A stretch of 62,450 nucleotides of DNA, the filler included, from Nemertoderma westbladi (lineage: Eukaryota; Animalia; Xenacoelomorpha): assembly GCA_032718475.1 (NCBI GenBank). It is 3 parts of 3 records of this genome, joined end to end, with 100 filler letters (N's around TTAATTAATTAA, not from the genome) between each part and the next. Parts side by side here need not be neighbours in the genome. Positions count along the whole stretch, not along the records: positions 25,435 to 54,172 come from JAUCBJ010000117.1; 2 more parts are not named here. One strand, given 5' to 3'. Position 1 is the stretch's first letter. Each line of letters starts with the position of its first letter. The notes beneath the pieces are model-generated. The model did no database searches and had not been told where the DNA came from. It saw only the letters and a list, made by a program, of their open reading frames with translations. This document shows, piece by piece, positions 26,602 through 41,574 of this stretch. Made by a program: the position numbers and the translations under genes.

Positions 26602-28040
26602 AATGTTTTAAATTAAATTAAAATTTATTTTTCAAACCCACTAAACACACATTTGGTGTTTACGTAAATTTTGCGCCATTGACAACCGTATGGAGGCCTA
26701 ATCGGTTCCTTCATCAATGTTGGTAATGCAAAATATGAGGAAGTTGTAGAATACCTCATACACTACTGTACACTAGACTCGTGGTGCTCTGCCGCTGATT
26801 GGTAATACATTTTTCGACGTTTTGTACCGGATGAACAATGTGTGTGTTTGTATCAATGACCACCCGCAGACGCTCACAGATTTTGAGAATTTCTTACTTT
26901 TAGGTTGGGCATTGAACCGTAACTGAATTAAAAAAGAAGCGTCTACCACATTACTCATGCAAACTTCAGGTCAAGGAGGGTATTTTCACAGACGTTTAAA
27001 TAATATATTCTTATTGATGGCTGTTGAGCCCGTGTAGTGTCTGAATATATAAATGTATTAGTCCAGACTGTGCGAGTTATTGGAGAGTAATCCAGGCTTA
27101 TACTGTAATGTATAGATACTGGGTCAGTTTTAACACCACACCTTTGCTCACACGAGGTATGAATTTAATATCGCCCAATTGTACTGATAAAATTCCTAAG
27201 ATAGCTCCAGTGATCCCACACTACCAGACTCCTTCTAAGTTTGTAGACTTACAAAGACGGGGATTTTAAACTAAATTAAGGGATATTAAAAGTCCAGAAC
27301 ATATTATAAAGATAAGGACAGGTGACGTCTGGCGACTCCCTGTTGAGGTGAACTGATGCGAGGTATGGGTGCTGTCCCTTGGTGGAGCTTGGAGAGTTTC
27401 GTCAGGTGTGTGTGTGTGTATATTGTACAGACCTCTATTGGTTAAAAAAACATTCCGGAAATAATCCTAAAGTGCGTTTCTAGTTTTTGATAGCGAGTTT
27501 CAGTTGACCGAATCTTGGCCACCGCGTGAATTTTTGACTTTTGACACGTTGATATTTTAGTACGACTCGTATCGTCTCGTGTTCTATTTTGACTTGGTGA
27601 ACATAGAAACGGCGCTAGAAAAATATCCGACTGTAAAACTACGGGTGTAAAGGAGGATTAGTAACTCGCAAACCCTTTATTAGCGACGCGGAATGAGTGA
27701 GCGCGCGGCGTGAGGTTTTAATTTTATTAATAGTTATTATCAAACAACATTACTTTATGTGTATTTTGCATTACTTATATGTATGGAGTGCACTATACGG
27801 TAATACAGTATAACAGTATCTAAATCTAATTAACTATTATGCGAGTTCACAGTATCTACAGTAAATTACATAGTAATTAGTAATTCAAAGACGTGGTGTA
27901 GCCAATAAATGCGAAAACCATACATGATTGTGGCTTAGCCACACATTACTTGATGATAACAAATTAAAAAAAATAAAATTAAAGTTAATTCTAATATAAA
28001 ACGACAAAAAGCACAATAAATGGGGAGGGAGTAGACTGGT

Positions 28041-28120
28041 GATAACCCCGTGCTGCTTGGTGTAACTCAAACTGCGGTCGGATAACCCCGGGCTGCTTGG
28101 TGTAACTTCAACTGCGGTCG
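28041..28120. repeat. 40-bp tandem duplication
   Basis: gataaccccg(t/g)gctgcttggtgtaact..aactgcggtcg occurs twice. Confidence 0.9.
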
Positions 28121-28690
28121 GAGAAGGCCTCAGTCCTCCGATCTTGTCGTGTGACGTTGCGTGTGACGTCACCACGTGTAATAGTCGCGAATAATGAAGC
28201 AAATGAAAACTAATACAAAATTGTAAAGATTTGAAATTATTATAAAATAAATTTATTTAAAGATGAAACAAATTAAATTAGCCACTTTATACTTTACATA
28301 CAGTTAGTAATAACGGAATCAATTTATTTAATTATAATGTTCATTATCCTCTTAAAAGTAGTATATGTTTTTAAATTAACACCACTGAAAAATATTTAAA
28401 ACAAAATAAAACAGCTGACATAGTTTAGATAAGTTTCTGTTATAAAATTGAACAAAATTAGTCCATTAAAAGCGCCAATGGAATATCGTTGTCAAGTGAA
28501 ACTTAATTGTTTACACTCGACAATAATTAACTCTTCGTTTTTATCAAACATAACCGCGAGATTTTCACAAAAGTAGTCATTTTTCGCAATTTCCTTGAGG
28601 TTTTGAAGAAAAGCAGACCCAACATAAAATAAAAGTCTTTCATATAGAACCACATTATCAGGTCCGGTTAAGGAATGCAAATAAATGTAG

Positions 28691-31600
28691 TTAAAGATTC
28701 TCTAGACTTCTGGGATTGGTTATGAGTTCGCGGGTTAACCTCCAGGCCCGTTTGGCGGCCTGCTCCAACGACTGAATGCTCCGGGAGGCGAATAAATCCA
28801 CTCCGTTGAGGAAGAAATGGGGGCATTTCCGGGACTGGAGGCAGGAAATCAGTTGGAGTAGGACCCCGATGACTCGGTCGCCGAGCGAGCTCGCGTCCCA
28901 GTCCACGTCGCTCGGGTGTTTCTCGCACTCGAACAGCACCAGAGTCTTCATGTGGTAGCCGTGAACCGCAGTATGCGGTGTGTCTAGGTGACTGTCGCGT
29001 AGAGTCTTTAATATGCTGAGACACTGTCGACGACAACCACCCTGGAGAAACATAATCAAATTATTACATAAATAATATATATACAATTATTTAAGATAGT
29101 ATCTAATCGAAAACAAATTTATACAGTAGTTTGTATATACCTAGAGTCCAGAAAATATTACAAAGTCCTAGAAAACATTACAATGTCGTGAAAAAAGTAA
29201 AGCCCGTGCAATAAAGTAATGGGATGAAAATCAGTTCTTGATTAATACATGTATTTTGCAAGGATTAATAAAAGTACTGCATATGTAGGCCTACAAATAC
29301 AGTAGATTGTTAAATTAGATGCTACAGTACCTGTGTTGGGTCGAATTGTCAGGATACAGTAAGAATGCTATAATCGGTCCATTTCAGTAAATAGAAAGAA
29401 TGCGATGCCAAGGCGATTTATAGAACCACGTCAGGGAGCAAAGGGCTTTTCAGAAAAGTGAAAGTTTTTGACAATCGGTAGCTGTAGAGTAGATCTATCG
29501 TACAACTTTTCTCACCAAGAGTAATCTATCCTCCGCCTCTTTGAAGCTGAGTATCCAGGCGTCGCATTCGGTTGCCGCTCCAGACATGGTTGTCGCCGCA
29601 ATCACGGAATTATTCTTCCCCGTCACGTTGACCCCGAGTAGCGGATTCTCTTTGGACAGCAGGTTGAAACCTTCCGCCTTAACCTCCGAGACCTGGCTGG
29701 CCGGCGGCCACGGGATGTGCAGGAGGGGCCAGTGGGAGGCACTGCGGGGCCATATTCCCGCGCACTTAAACGCCGGTGTTAACTGCACTATGTACTTGTC
29801 CCTAATACGTAGACGCACCTCGCCATTGTCGCCAGTTACCTACACAAAAAAATCATTGTGTTATTTTTTCATGTCAGATTCAGTATGGACTAAAAACAAG
29901 TTAGACAAAAATTAATTTCTTTAATATTATCATGACGTAGCGCTTTTATAGCTAGAGTAGATATGTTATGTGGTGTAATACGTTTTGTTACATTATATCC
30001 TCGTAACTTGACAAAGTACTTCTTTGCAATGTGGCCGCCTACAGGACGGAACGCTACAAATTAATCACTAACTTAAACTTAGTAACAATAAACTTCTAGA
30101 ACACTTCTTCTGTAATCTCCATCCAAGGCGTCCTAAACTACTGTAGTTAGTTTTGGACGCTGTGATTGATTGATGTGGTGATGATAGCCATTGTATCTTG
30201 TATGCTAAGTGTACGATTATTTACTGAACAGTTGTTACAGTAATTGTAATTAATTACATAAAAATGATATTAATTTCATTAATATTCCTAAATATTGCCC
30301 TATTCAAGCTAATTAAGCATTCGCACAGAACGCCGACAAGTTGGCCACATAAATAAAATTACCAACACAATTCTGTGAAACGTTTATTTGTATTGTCACT
30401 TGTCATTTACTTGTATATTTACGTGGACCTCCCTCGCTGCGCTCGCTCAGTGCATAAATACAAGCAAAGCAAGCGAAATCAAACAGTCGGCCGAGGCCGG
30501 AGGCTGCTTACGTGTTTCACTTTCACCGATAACTTAAATTTAATTTCCTTTACTTACAATCTTGGCCTTCTCACGTGGCCATTCAATAAGCCTTTCATTG
30601 TTGCATTGTACATAAAGTAGGTTACAGTATGCTTACCTCGGTTAGAATGCAGGCTAGGCTTTACAACGGTTTTAATTAGGGTTGAGTCTAACCCCAAAAC
30701 ATAACCTAATGCGTACCCAACGTGGGTACTGGTGGTGCGGTCCGCCCGCCTCATCATGGACCACTTGAGTTGACGGTGACGTGCAGTAGGTGTGGTGTGA
30801 ACACTTTGACCTGCCCAAAAATACAACCAGGACAAATGGTCCACAAATGCGTGGAACATTACCAGGTGTGTGACGGCAATAAACGCTTTACTTAAGGTTA
30901 ACCTCTGGTGGATGCTGTTGTGTAAGTCTTTGTAAGTAATTATTGTATACACATTATAATGTGCCAAACAAACTTCACCCTTCACCAAAAGGGTATCTAT
31001 TAAAATGTAAAACACCTTCAAACGGAACTGTGTTTACAGAAATCGCTGTCTATTCTAAATGCCTACGGCTACGGCTGTATGGAGACATTTAGTCTGCAAT
31101 TTGATTGTAATTATTCGAGTAGTGGTTAACAGCTAGTAAGTGACAGACAAAAGAGATATTATCGGTTTGTGTTTAAAGTTTAACAAGATAAATCTAATTA
31201 AACAAAGACAGTCGGAGCCATCTATATTATAAATAGAGACATTGACGTTATGTTATGTTTTGTTTTAATGTCCGAAATGGGTGACGCGAATTTGGTTCCA
31301 ATTACAATTCTGAGAATGTTGTTCCAAAGGGTAGCGAACTTTGTTCAACTAGTTGGGAACTTCGTCCCTAAGGATAATTATCTTCCAATCATTGCGAACT
31401 TTGTTCCAATTATTGTGAACTCTGTTCCAATTATTGCGAACTTTGTTCCAATTATTGCGAAATTTGTTCCAATTATTGTGAACTTTGTTCCAATTATTGT
31501 GAACTTTGTTCCAATTATTGTGAACTCTGTTCCAATTATTGCGAACTTTGTTCCAATTATTGTGAACTTTGTTCCAATTATTGTGAACTTTGTTCCAATT

Positions 31601-34008
31601 ATTGCGAACTTCGTTCCAATTATTGCGAACTTTGTTCCAATTATTGTGAACTTTGTTCCAATTATTGCGAACTTTGTTCCATTATTGCGAACTTTGTTCC
31701 AATTATTGTGAACTTTGTTCCAATCATTGCGAACTTTGTTCCAATTATTGTGAACTCTGTTCCAATTATTACGAACTTTGTTCCAATTATTGTCAACTTT
31801 GTTCCAATTATTGCGAACTTTGTTCCATTATTGTGAACTACTTTGTTCCAATTATTGTGAACTTTGTTCCAAATATTGTGAACTTTGTTCCAAATGTTGC
31901 GAACTTTGTTCCATCATTGCGAACTTTGTTCCAATTATTGTGAACTTTGTTCCAATTATTGTGAACTTTGTTCCAAATATTGCGAACTTTGTTCCATAAT
32001 TGCGAACTTTGTTCCAATTATTGTGAACTTTGTTCCAATTATTGCGAACTTTGTTCCAATCTCTGTAAATTACTTTCAGTTTGTGTATTTGGATTAATCA
32101 TTACTAAGATATAATTAGTATATATTAGGCCTACTTAATGCATAGTTGGATTACAATTCAGCCAACTATGCATAGGATGTGAAAATTCGAGAATCAAACG
32201 ATGATTTGTTATCCATCAACATCTATATTATCCTATAATGTATCATCCTATGCAGATATTAACTACTGTAGTACCGTTGAAGGAGTACAATTTCAAAATA
32301 ATATATTATTTTCTTGTTTTACGAATTTACAACTTATGCTATGAATAATGATGATAAAACATTTTAATATCAACACAAAAAACGAAAAACACAATAATAA
32401 CCCATGTATCTATGATTATAGGCCTATATCAAATCTAATTTTAATAAATATTAACAAATTTTATTTAGGTTACAAAAAAATGCTGCTGCGGCCGGGTCTT
32501 GATCCCACTACATTACAGTTACATTACATTATGAGTTTGATTTTGGTAGACATCCAAATCACGGGTCATTCTTTCATCATTGGACCAATATTTTCTAACG
32601 CATATTCATAAAATTCATACATATTTCAAAGTACAGGGTTACACAACAACCATGCACACCAGATAGTACGTATTTATACGCACAGGAGCGGAGATGCTGT
32701 GGGATAATTGAAATACTGTACTATAATAATGATTGAATTAATAATGTTATTATTTTTGGTGCCCCATGACGACTGCCCAGGGCCCCCTGGCCCGGGTAAG
32801 CAGTCCAGTCCTATAGAAGTCCCGCCATTAATACATACGGCCCCAGTTCCCAGTTAGAATTAAAGTTAAAGATAAAGATAAAGATAAAGATACCACTCTC
32901 AATCGATAATTTATCAACCGACAAAAAACTACCGGTAGGGCCCTAGATAAAAATGTAGTATTACTTAAAATATTTTGGGGTTCCACAAAAATTGTAAATA
33001 AAAGTTAAATAAAATCTAACGTACCAATAAGCACGATACCGGTATACCGGTACCGGTCACGGGTATAATATAGTTAAACTCTGTCTAAATTTGTACATTA
33101 AACAGAGATGTGAACGGCTGAACGGTGAGTGTTTAAACGATGTTGGTATTATTAATACAACAGTTGTATATAAAAGTATAAAGGTAATGCTATATAATTA
33201 CCATTTGTTAGGCCTACTTACCTTCACAATATCCTTGTAGTTACATTTATCGATGGCTTGAGAAACGAGTGCTAAAAACCTTGCTCGTATCTTTCTACTT
33301 GATAAATATCCGGATGCTGTAATAAACTCAACCCACAGCGACATAGAACGTTTCCTTCCATCACTTAGTTTCAACACGGCACAACCTGCAAACCAAAACA
33401 ATTTATCTGAATGTTTTGTTTCTATATTGAATAAATCGCATACCTTACGAGTATGGCAGCCTTAATATATCTATCGGTACGGTAACATAAAAAATATACT
33501 TGTAAAAAGGGTCCTAATACTAAACCTGTCCAACAGAACCTCCCTACATACTGTAGGCCTACTATGTACTACAGCTAGACTACCGGTACCTATAGCTAAA
33601 CTGAAACAATCTATTTATGAACTACAGGTACTTCGTTTTTTTTTAGAGAAAAACGCTTCGTGTAATATTAATCAATGTAATAATTATAAAAATCATTTTC
33701 CACCTCAACTCACCAGGGATGTTCCCATCGTCAACAAAATTAAACACTCCCATCTGATTGAGGAATAAAACCACCTCGAATTCAGTTGGAGAGTGAACCT
33801 CGAAACCCTCGAATCTCCCATTAGTTTCTACCAAAGAACTAATAAACCTTGGTTCCATGATCTCTACTTCCTTCAGTATTGCTTGAATGAGTCGGCAGAC
33901 ATTGAATGCATTGGTCAAAGCTTCGCTTTTTCTACCCTGAACCTTAGTGATTACATATTGGTTGACGTGTTGCAAAACTTTGGCTTGGTTGGCCAGCATA
34001 GCTGACAT
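28691..34008 (-). CDS. mab21: Mab-21-like protein, 377 aa; exons 34008-33714, 33385-33222, 29839-29516, 29041-28691
   Basis: Near-identical to MAB21L1/2 motifs (EPRFISSL, SPTEFEVV, CAVLKLSDGRKRSMSLWVEFITASGYLS, WPRSASHWP, YHMKTL, CEKHP, LLQLISCLQ). All introns are GT-AG with compatible phases; spliced length 1134 nt. Confidence 0.97.
31335..32060. repeat. 21-bp minisatellite (attattg(c/t)gaactttgttcca), ~33 copies, in mab-21 intron 2
   Basis: Directly visible tandem units. Confidence 0.95.
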
Positions 34009-34159
34009 TGGCACTCTAGAAAGCACACGAATAAAATGGACTAATGAAAATTAAATGGCTATAAAAATGTTATAACATGTATGGTATTTTATGAATTCAA
34101 CAGAACCAAATCAGCTGCAACGCAATGTTTAAAATGAATCTGAAAAATAAAAACTATTT

Positions 34160-34310
34160 TGGGCCTTCTATATAATAGCGTAGTAAGGTAGCTCAGGCTG
34201 AGCCAACCATTGTCAGGAGCCAATAGAATTACGGCTTCACCCATATACAAAATACATTAAAAAATGCAATGGTTAACTTTCACAGGAAACCCTTGTCTTA
34301 GCCAATCATA
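34160..34310 (-). promoter_or_regulatory. Putative mab-21 core promoter
   Basis: TATATAGAAG on the - strand about 160 bp upstream of the ATG, with CCAAT boxes at ~34218 and ~34300. Confidence 0.45.
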
Positions 34311-35189
34311 TACGAACAGAGCAGGCACAGGTAACGTTCTTATACAAAATCCTTTCATTTTTAATATTAAAAAATAAACGCGTAAGAATATCTAATATAT
34401 AAGAATATAACTGCTGATACGTCGTAGTGATACCGATACCACTATACGATACGAAAGACAACGACCAGGGAATTCAAAATTCATAGCACTACCTCCCCGA
34501 GCCGTGGGGACGTGCCATATAGTATAGTAGTTCCGTTTGGGTTTGAAACATTCTCAAACTCAAACATATATAAACAGATATGGGATAGGCCCCTAAACAA
34601 AACAAAAACATATGCAATGCAGTACAAAATAGTACATATTACCTACACGGTAAAATTTACTATTTGATTATTTAATATTTGCAATGTAAATTGAAAACAT
34701 AAAAAATCGGCTACCTTATATACACTTATTTTTAAAGGAATAATGAATACTATTATTTTGTAGAAATGACATACAGACCGGTCTTCCTTCACTAGACCTC
34801 GTTGTTATAGTGACCCCTTTTAAATTCGATGCCTCATCGGAAATACATAAACTATATGACAGCTCTAAAAGAAATAACAAGACAACTGCTCAAACAAATG
34901 CCGTTGTAGTATTGCATTGTTTATCATCGTTACTTGTATGGAAATGCAATTACGGCCCCACCGCAAGCGATTTGACAAATGGGAACTGTGTCAGTTATAC
35001 AATGGGAGGCATATATAGTTGGGCCCTCTATCTGCCATAATATCAACACATACACGAACATCGAATGTGCAGAATAATTATAAAATTTGTAGTAAACTAA
35101 AACTACACCATAGTTTAGTATAGTAAAGCTATACAACAAAATAAATAGAGTATAGATCTCATTGTATAATTACAGGTACGGTTTAGGCC

Positions 35190-35520
35190 TACAGTTACGG
35201 TTTGTTACAGATAAGGTTACAGTTACAAATAAGCTTACAGTTACAGCTACGTACGCGGTTACAGTTAAAATAAGGTTACAGTTGCATGTGCAGTTATATG
35301 GTTACATTTACGTACGCGGTTACAGTTACAAATATGGTTACAGTTACATGTGCAGTTACATGCGGTTACATTTACGTACGCTGTTACATTTACAGGTAAG
35401 GTTACAGTTACATTTACAGTTTTATGGTTAAGCAGTTACGCAGTTGCTGTCAGTTATATGGTTACAGTTATAGATCTGCAGTGCCAGTTATATGGTGATA
35501 GCTCAGCTACAGTTGCCGTT
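35190..35520. repeat. Degenerate (GTTACA)n low-complexity tract, resuming at 36400-36495
   Basis: ggttacagttaca repeats on both sides of the RTE copy, which appears inserted into the tract. Confidence 0.8.
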
Positions 35521-35528
35521 ATATACTG

Positions 35529-36390
35529 CTACTACTACTACTAGTATTGGCGTGTTGCATTGAGGCTGCATTATATATAATACATATATATTAAGAATGC
35601 TGTGCCGGCTTGTCGACAAAATTTCGCCGCCACTACTCACTATAACCCATAACATTTGCTAGACATCCGCATGACATGACATCCGCATCTTCAAGGCCAG
35701 TGTCCTTTAAGAGGCATCTCAAAGAAGTCATGGGATGTCAACCACGCTTATTCACTCCAGGAGACCGCCAAAGCACAATATTATACACTGGCTGGTCAAT
35801 TGTGAAAGCAATGTCCTGCAAAGCGGAGGCGGTTCAATTCTGTTCAAGTGTCAAGCAAGGGGAGACTAGAGAAATACCCCCAAGGTTGAATAGAGTCTGA
35901 TTGAAGATGTGTTCATTGTACTTGACACAATGAACCCGGCGCAGCATTCTTGTGAAACAGTCATGCAGAGATTTGGCAGTTAGAGCCTAAGCTATGAACT
36001 CCAATAGTACCAGTGCTACTGCTGCCCTAAATTATCGAACCTTAAGGTTCCGCTTTATTCTATGGGACTTCCAAATCCTGAACACACTATTCAATGCTGT
36101 CCATGCCTTCTGTCCCAGTCAGGTCTTCACCTGACTTCCGGATCTATGATCCCAAGTAGCATAAGTCATCTACATGCTCAAGCAAGCCATCCCTGGAGCT
36201 TACACACTTGCGATCAGACATTTCTTGAGGGTTGTCAAGGTACACTGTGATAATTTTGGTCTTCTTAGAGTTTACAAAAAGACCAACTCTAGAAGCAACC
36301 TGAGCTGATGAGCCATTGTTCTTCCTCTAGTGATTCTGACAGTATCCCTAAGACTGAATAAGTCATCAGCAAAGTCTAGATCAGTAAAGG
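35529..36390 (-). mobile_element. Degenerate RTE-clade LINE 3' fragment
   Basis: DLDFADD at the 5' end; colinear with the 53458 copy but with deletions and stops; (TAG)n tail. Confidence 0.85.
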
Positions 36391-37439
36391 TGGTAGTAAG
36401 TAAGGTTATAGTTACAGTTGCCGTTATGGCTATAGTTACAGTTGTAGTTATATGGTTACAGTTCGGCAAAGTAACAGTTACAAAGTTACAGTAACAAAAC
36501 GGCGAAATTGATACATAATATGCCAAGCTGGGCGGATGCTATTGAATTCCTACTTGAAATGGATACGTGTAATTAATTAGAGCTATTAATCTTCATTGTT
36601 CTAAACAACAATGACATATACAATATATGCTACGGTATAGATTCTAAAGCCGGAAGCCCACTTCGGATCCCATAAAACTTTCAGACTAATTATTCGCGGT
36701 TGTTGGACCGCGTTGGATCGCCCTTAACTCGACTGCTTGTAATTCAGACAGGCTCGTAAATTATCCGACAATAAAACCTAACTGCCCACTACTGCTTCAT
36801 AAATTCAATCGGATTCTACATATCTAAGATCGAACAACCACGGAAGTCGGCATAATAATATATAGGCTGCCGGGAATATACCGGTAACTTTTAGCGGTTG
36901 TTCTTATTTCTTTAAGGCCAAATGCAATAAGAGCAATAAGCACTTCACCATTATTGTCATGCTTTGACGAATCAGGGGCATTATGCATGATCGTAAAAGT
37001 TGTACAGTAAAAAATCTGTTTCCTAGAACCATGTAATTAATTTGACGGTTCGTTTTCGATCAACAAAATGTTACCCAAAACGCAAAAGACTTAAAGATTC
37101 AAATCTCCAATTACCGGTATTAATGCGCTGTTTGCTAGATTATTTGGCGACAGCGATGTGCCTTTGACATATTAGCCTCAACCGGCTCAAAGTGATGTGA
37201 GATTAGTGGAATTCTGTTATGTTAAGTTAACGCAACCATTGACAGCTAGTATAGGAGATTTAAGGCGTATTGTTTTACCTTAATGCCTTTGGGAGTGCAT
37301 TGTGACAGATTTTATATATTTTACTGTCTTATTGCCATGACATCAGAGTCACGTTACTTTGGAAAAACTTTCACAACTATGTACATAATGGCTTTATTAC
37401 TCACTTTATTATTATTTTCATTCACATAACCAACCAACG

Positions 37440-37630
37440 TGTGTGTTGGTAGTATACACAATATACAATACAAATATATATACAAATAGAAATAGCTTAC
37501 AATACACAATATATACCTATGATAACTATAAACATAACATATAACATATATAACATATATACAAACATATATATACATATATATACATATATACAACATA
37601 TATACAACATATATACAAACATATATATTT
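37440..37630. repeat. AT/CA-rich microsatellite
   Basis: atatatac/aacatata repeats. Confidence 0.85.
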
Positions 37631-40600
37631 GATGAGGAAAAAAATAGACTAACTTTAGCTGGTACATTTTAGATCCTCTTATCTCTGAGAGTCTGAATAG
37701 AATAGACACTAATTGTCACGACAGATTATAACTACATTGTTAAAGGACCTAACCTAATCATTCAGGTGTACAATAAACTATGACTTATGTTCATTTTTAC
37801 AACCATTTGGATGGGGATTCTTTTTCAACTGTTTTATGATTTGAATAATTCTCGCTTCTACTTTATTTTTTTCAACGGTAATCTTACTTTACTTTACTTT
37901 TCTTTACTTTACTTTACTTTACACACACTATATGGACTAAGGTATTGTGTAATAACAGTAATTGTCTGCATTAAATAAATAAATAAATAAAATGTATTTT
38001 TCTGATAAACGTTCCTAGTTCTAAACTTTAGGGAGTTATATCGATCTGTTGAAGTTGAAGGCATGTAGACGGCATTTTTTGGAATTATTGAATTTGAATT
38101 CATTGAACTGATTCATGATTCCAACACGACCCCTATTGTCGTGCTAATGTAATTGAATGGCGTTTGCCATAACGCAATCAGCGCCTTTCACAACCAATAT
38201 TCCAGTAATGGGTAACAAGCTACAGCACTCAACACATTGATAGGCCTACAGAGTTAATCCGATTGGCGAGAGACACCTTTGCATTTCAGTCCATATCCTG
38301 CGAGTTTAGTTCGCACACGCGACGCAATGCATTAACTGATATTACTACTACTATTGTACTGGTGTAGCCGTAGGGGTAGTTTGTGATAAAGCTACTTGTA
38401 CGACTGCAGAAATTATTCATTATATTAAACAATGTTATTTTGAGGTCAAACGGGCAGCTTGATCGCAACAGTCACCTTAAGCTCTCGCAGCACTAATTAA
38501 CCATTTCATTATATAAATAGAGGAGTTATTAAAACTCAAAACTTGAGTTGAAAATAAAAGGTACTGAAACACACAATGGACTATTGATTATTCGATTTTT
38601 CCATTCGGTTTCTTTCCGTACGACCGTTTTATGATTTACACACGATAGCCAAACGTCGGGAATATATATATATTTGGATCGTATTAAGTACTGTTTGATA
38701 TGCGTGAGACATATTTCGTGAGCACGATGGCCCCACACAACTGCAACCTAACCTCAAGCACTGAATGGTACTATAGTATGTAAACATTTCGGTTGAAATC
38801 TCGGTATAAGTTTTGTAAAAGTGATCAGAATGCTCGAACAGCATATATTGAAAAATATTGAAAAATATTTTTGAAAAATAAAATATCTACTGTAATCCGT
38901 AAGCCTGCAAGACGTAATTATACATACTTAACGTAATTTCCTCAGCTACTAAGTTGTTTTGCGTTTTGCGTTTTTTTGCGGAAAACGCAATTAGTTTCGA
39001 AGCTGCTTAATAATTAATTGCACTTCGAGTTGGTTGTGTTTTGTAACATTTCCTTGGGGAACTTTACTAATATTTTATTTATGGATGTCTTGAAATCTAT
39101 CAACAACGAATAAATGGACTGACTCTGAATAAAATAAAATAAAAAAATCACCAAATACCAAAATACACAACAGTTTAAAGGCTAGTTGAAACCATGCATG
39201 AAAATTAGATTGTAGTGTTACTGTTAAACTTGTCCGGTTCTACAGTAGGCCTACTGGGCCGTTTTACCAGAAACTTTTACCAATCGATAAGGATTAGATC
39301 TTATGTTAATTAAAAGGAAAGATTGTGGTGCACTAGTGCAAAAAATTGCAAATATTGCACAAGATTTTGCAATATCCATATTTCCAGTGATTTCTAACTA
39401 TAATCTTAACATAATGTTTCACGTATTATGTCTATAAAGAGTGTTAAATGGTCCATTAATGGACAACTGTATATAAATTTATGTAATAAAGATATATTTT
39501 CAAACATTTTGAAATGGCTGATTTTTACCAACCCCCCCGGCGAACTCTACCCAGATACAACACAGATTATTAACGCGACGACTATGGCGGTGATTATTTA
39601 CTCACTAAACAACCTCATACGGTAGTAAACTGACGTAATTATATAATATTGTGAGTGGACAAGAGACGTTTAGGTTGAGCATCTGCCATATAGTTAATGA
39701 CTCTCTTTCCAAGACTTTCCGTGGAGAACTAAAAGCCGAACATAAGATCTAATCATGCGGAAAAAAACGAATGACAACAAACAAAGGGGCGATATGATCT
39801 GCTGATCTGCAATGTTCAAACTCATCACCAGCATCTTTCTACCTTACCTAATTATCGACTACAAGTATTATTATGTGCATTGTTAAGAGTTAGTTATGTT
39901 TTATATCATTTATGCCAATATAATTTTTATACTAAGCCCATTCCCTCATTCTCTTCGGAACTCTGTACAACCACCACAGGAACTCAAAACATGGTTTGCC
40001 TCAAGACCACACAAGCCTTGCACAAACTAAAACTAATTTCTACAATGGCCTTGTTTGTTATTGCTATACCTTTGGTCGAACAATAGTGACACGAGGATAA
40101 AACAACTGATCAAATATTTATTGCAGCGCTGGCACAGCTAGGCCTTGGCATTTTTCCTGGCCCGTCAGTTTTGATGTCCGTGTAATCTATTTGTGATGCG
40201 GGATTAACAGGGAAGCTGTGTGACGAGATGGCGGTCCCGGGGGTGTGTAGGGCAGTGTGAGCTGACTCGGGGAGCACTGGGGCGCCTCCAAGATTAACTT
40301 ACAACTGCAGTCTCTCAACCTCAGGGAACTAACGGCATGGGTGGTGAGCCCAATTCAATCAGCATAATATGTAATCATCCGGATATTTTAATTTTCTTTT
40401 CAATTCAATCCCGCGCAGATACTTTAAATTATAACGACGAATTTGGGATTAAAATAACATTATATTTTAACAAGGCCACAGATACATGGGTTTTGTTAGC
40501 TCTTATAACAGGTAACTGATATAAATCATACAATGACAAGTTGATAAATTCGTTAAATTACGTGCAAGGTAGGAAACAATGGTAGAAACCAAACATGTCA

Positions 40601-41574
40601 ATGATGATGTTATGATCAGAACTTCTGTACATCATCATGACTGCCGACCTCGGCGATGTTTAGTCCGTGGGGCGTTCGCGCAGCACGGATGTATAATATT
40701 CTGTTGTGGCCCCATCGTCACACAGATCAATCCTCGATCTGAGTACCAAATTTCAAACCGATGACGCTATCTGTTCAGGTTATTACTTACAATCCTAGAG
40801 GAGGATGGTCTCCCAAATACAATTTGGTAGAAATTCTAAACTTTTGGTATACTTACTATTGCTTGGTACAACTCGTGAACCTTTCTGGTACAGCCTGTAG
40901 AGTAGAACGAATCATTTCAATTCATCATCCTGATTTGCTCATTATCAGTAAATAATACAATAATTGATGGTCCTTTACGCTAGTGTACAGTATATGTATT
41001 TGAACCAAACCACTTTAGTCGTTGTTATTAGTTTTAAATAAATGGAAGGGCTTTCCTTTTATTAAAAACTAATAACTCACCCATGTGTATTGTAGGTGAA
41101 CAACAATACGTGCATATAGCATACATAATAGGGACCCAAAGTGACTCCCATCTTTGGACGAGTTAATCTGCCACATGGGGAATAATCATACCTATTACCC
41201 ATTCACGTCGCATACTCCTAATTGGGAAGAATACAAACTTAAACTCATCCATCTTAAATTAGCAAAATTCAAGACTACGCGCAGTTTAATGAAATTACTC
41301 GGCAGAGAAAGTCACTGGGGTCACGTAACGCCTATTTGAAGTCCTGTAAGTTAAATAGTTAATTGACGCTAAGCTACAGCATGGGCGCAGCATGCGCGAA
41401 CAATGTACACTACTTCCCACATTAGCCAGAAATTAATACACAACGAATCGATGACTTCATATTAAGATACAGAAATAACGGAGGTGGAGGTGCGAAAAGG
41501 GTCGAATTACTGTAACTAACCAATCGATAGGTGAAGAAGTATAAATAATCTATTAAGAAATTGAGAATGATCAA

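Noticed and set aside
27310-27410. Minus-strand CTGACGAA...GGGAGTCG...GACGTC hammerhead-like arrangement
   Set aside because: No GAAA and no closed stem I; too degenerate to support.
31250-32097. NFVPIIV / CELCSNY repeat ORFs
   Set aside because: Translation of an intronic 21-bp minisatellite with frameshifting variants.
28691-34008. cGAS-like immune receptor interpretation of the Mab-21 domain
   Set aside because: The sequence closely matches the developmental MAB21L1/2 orthology group rather than divergent cGLRs.
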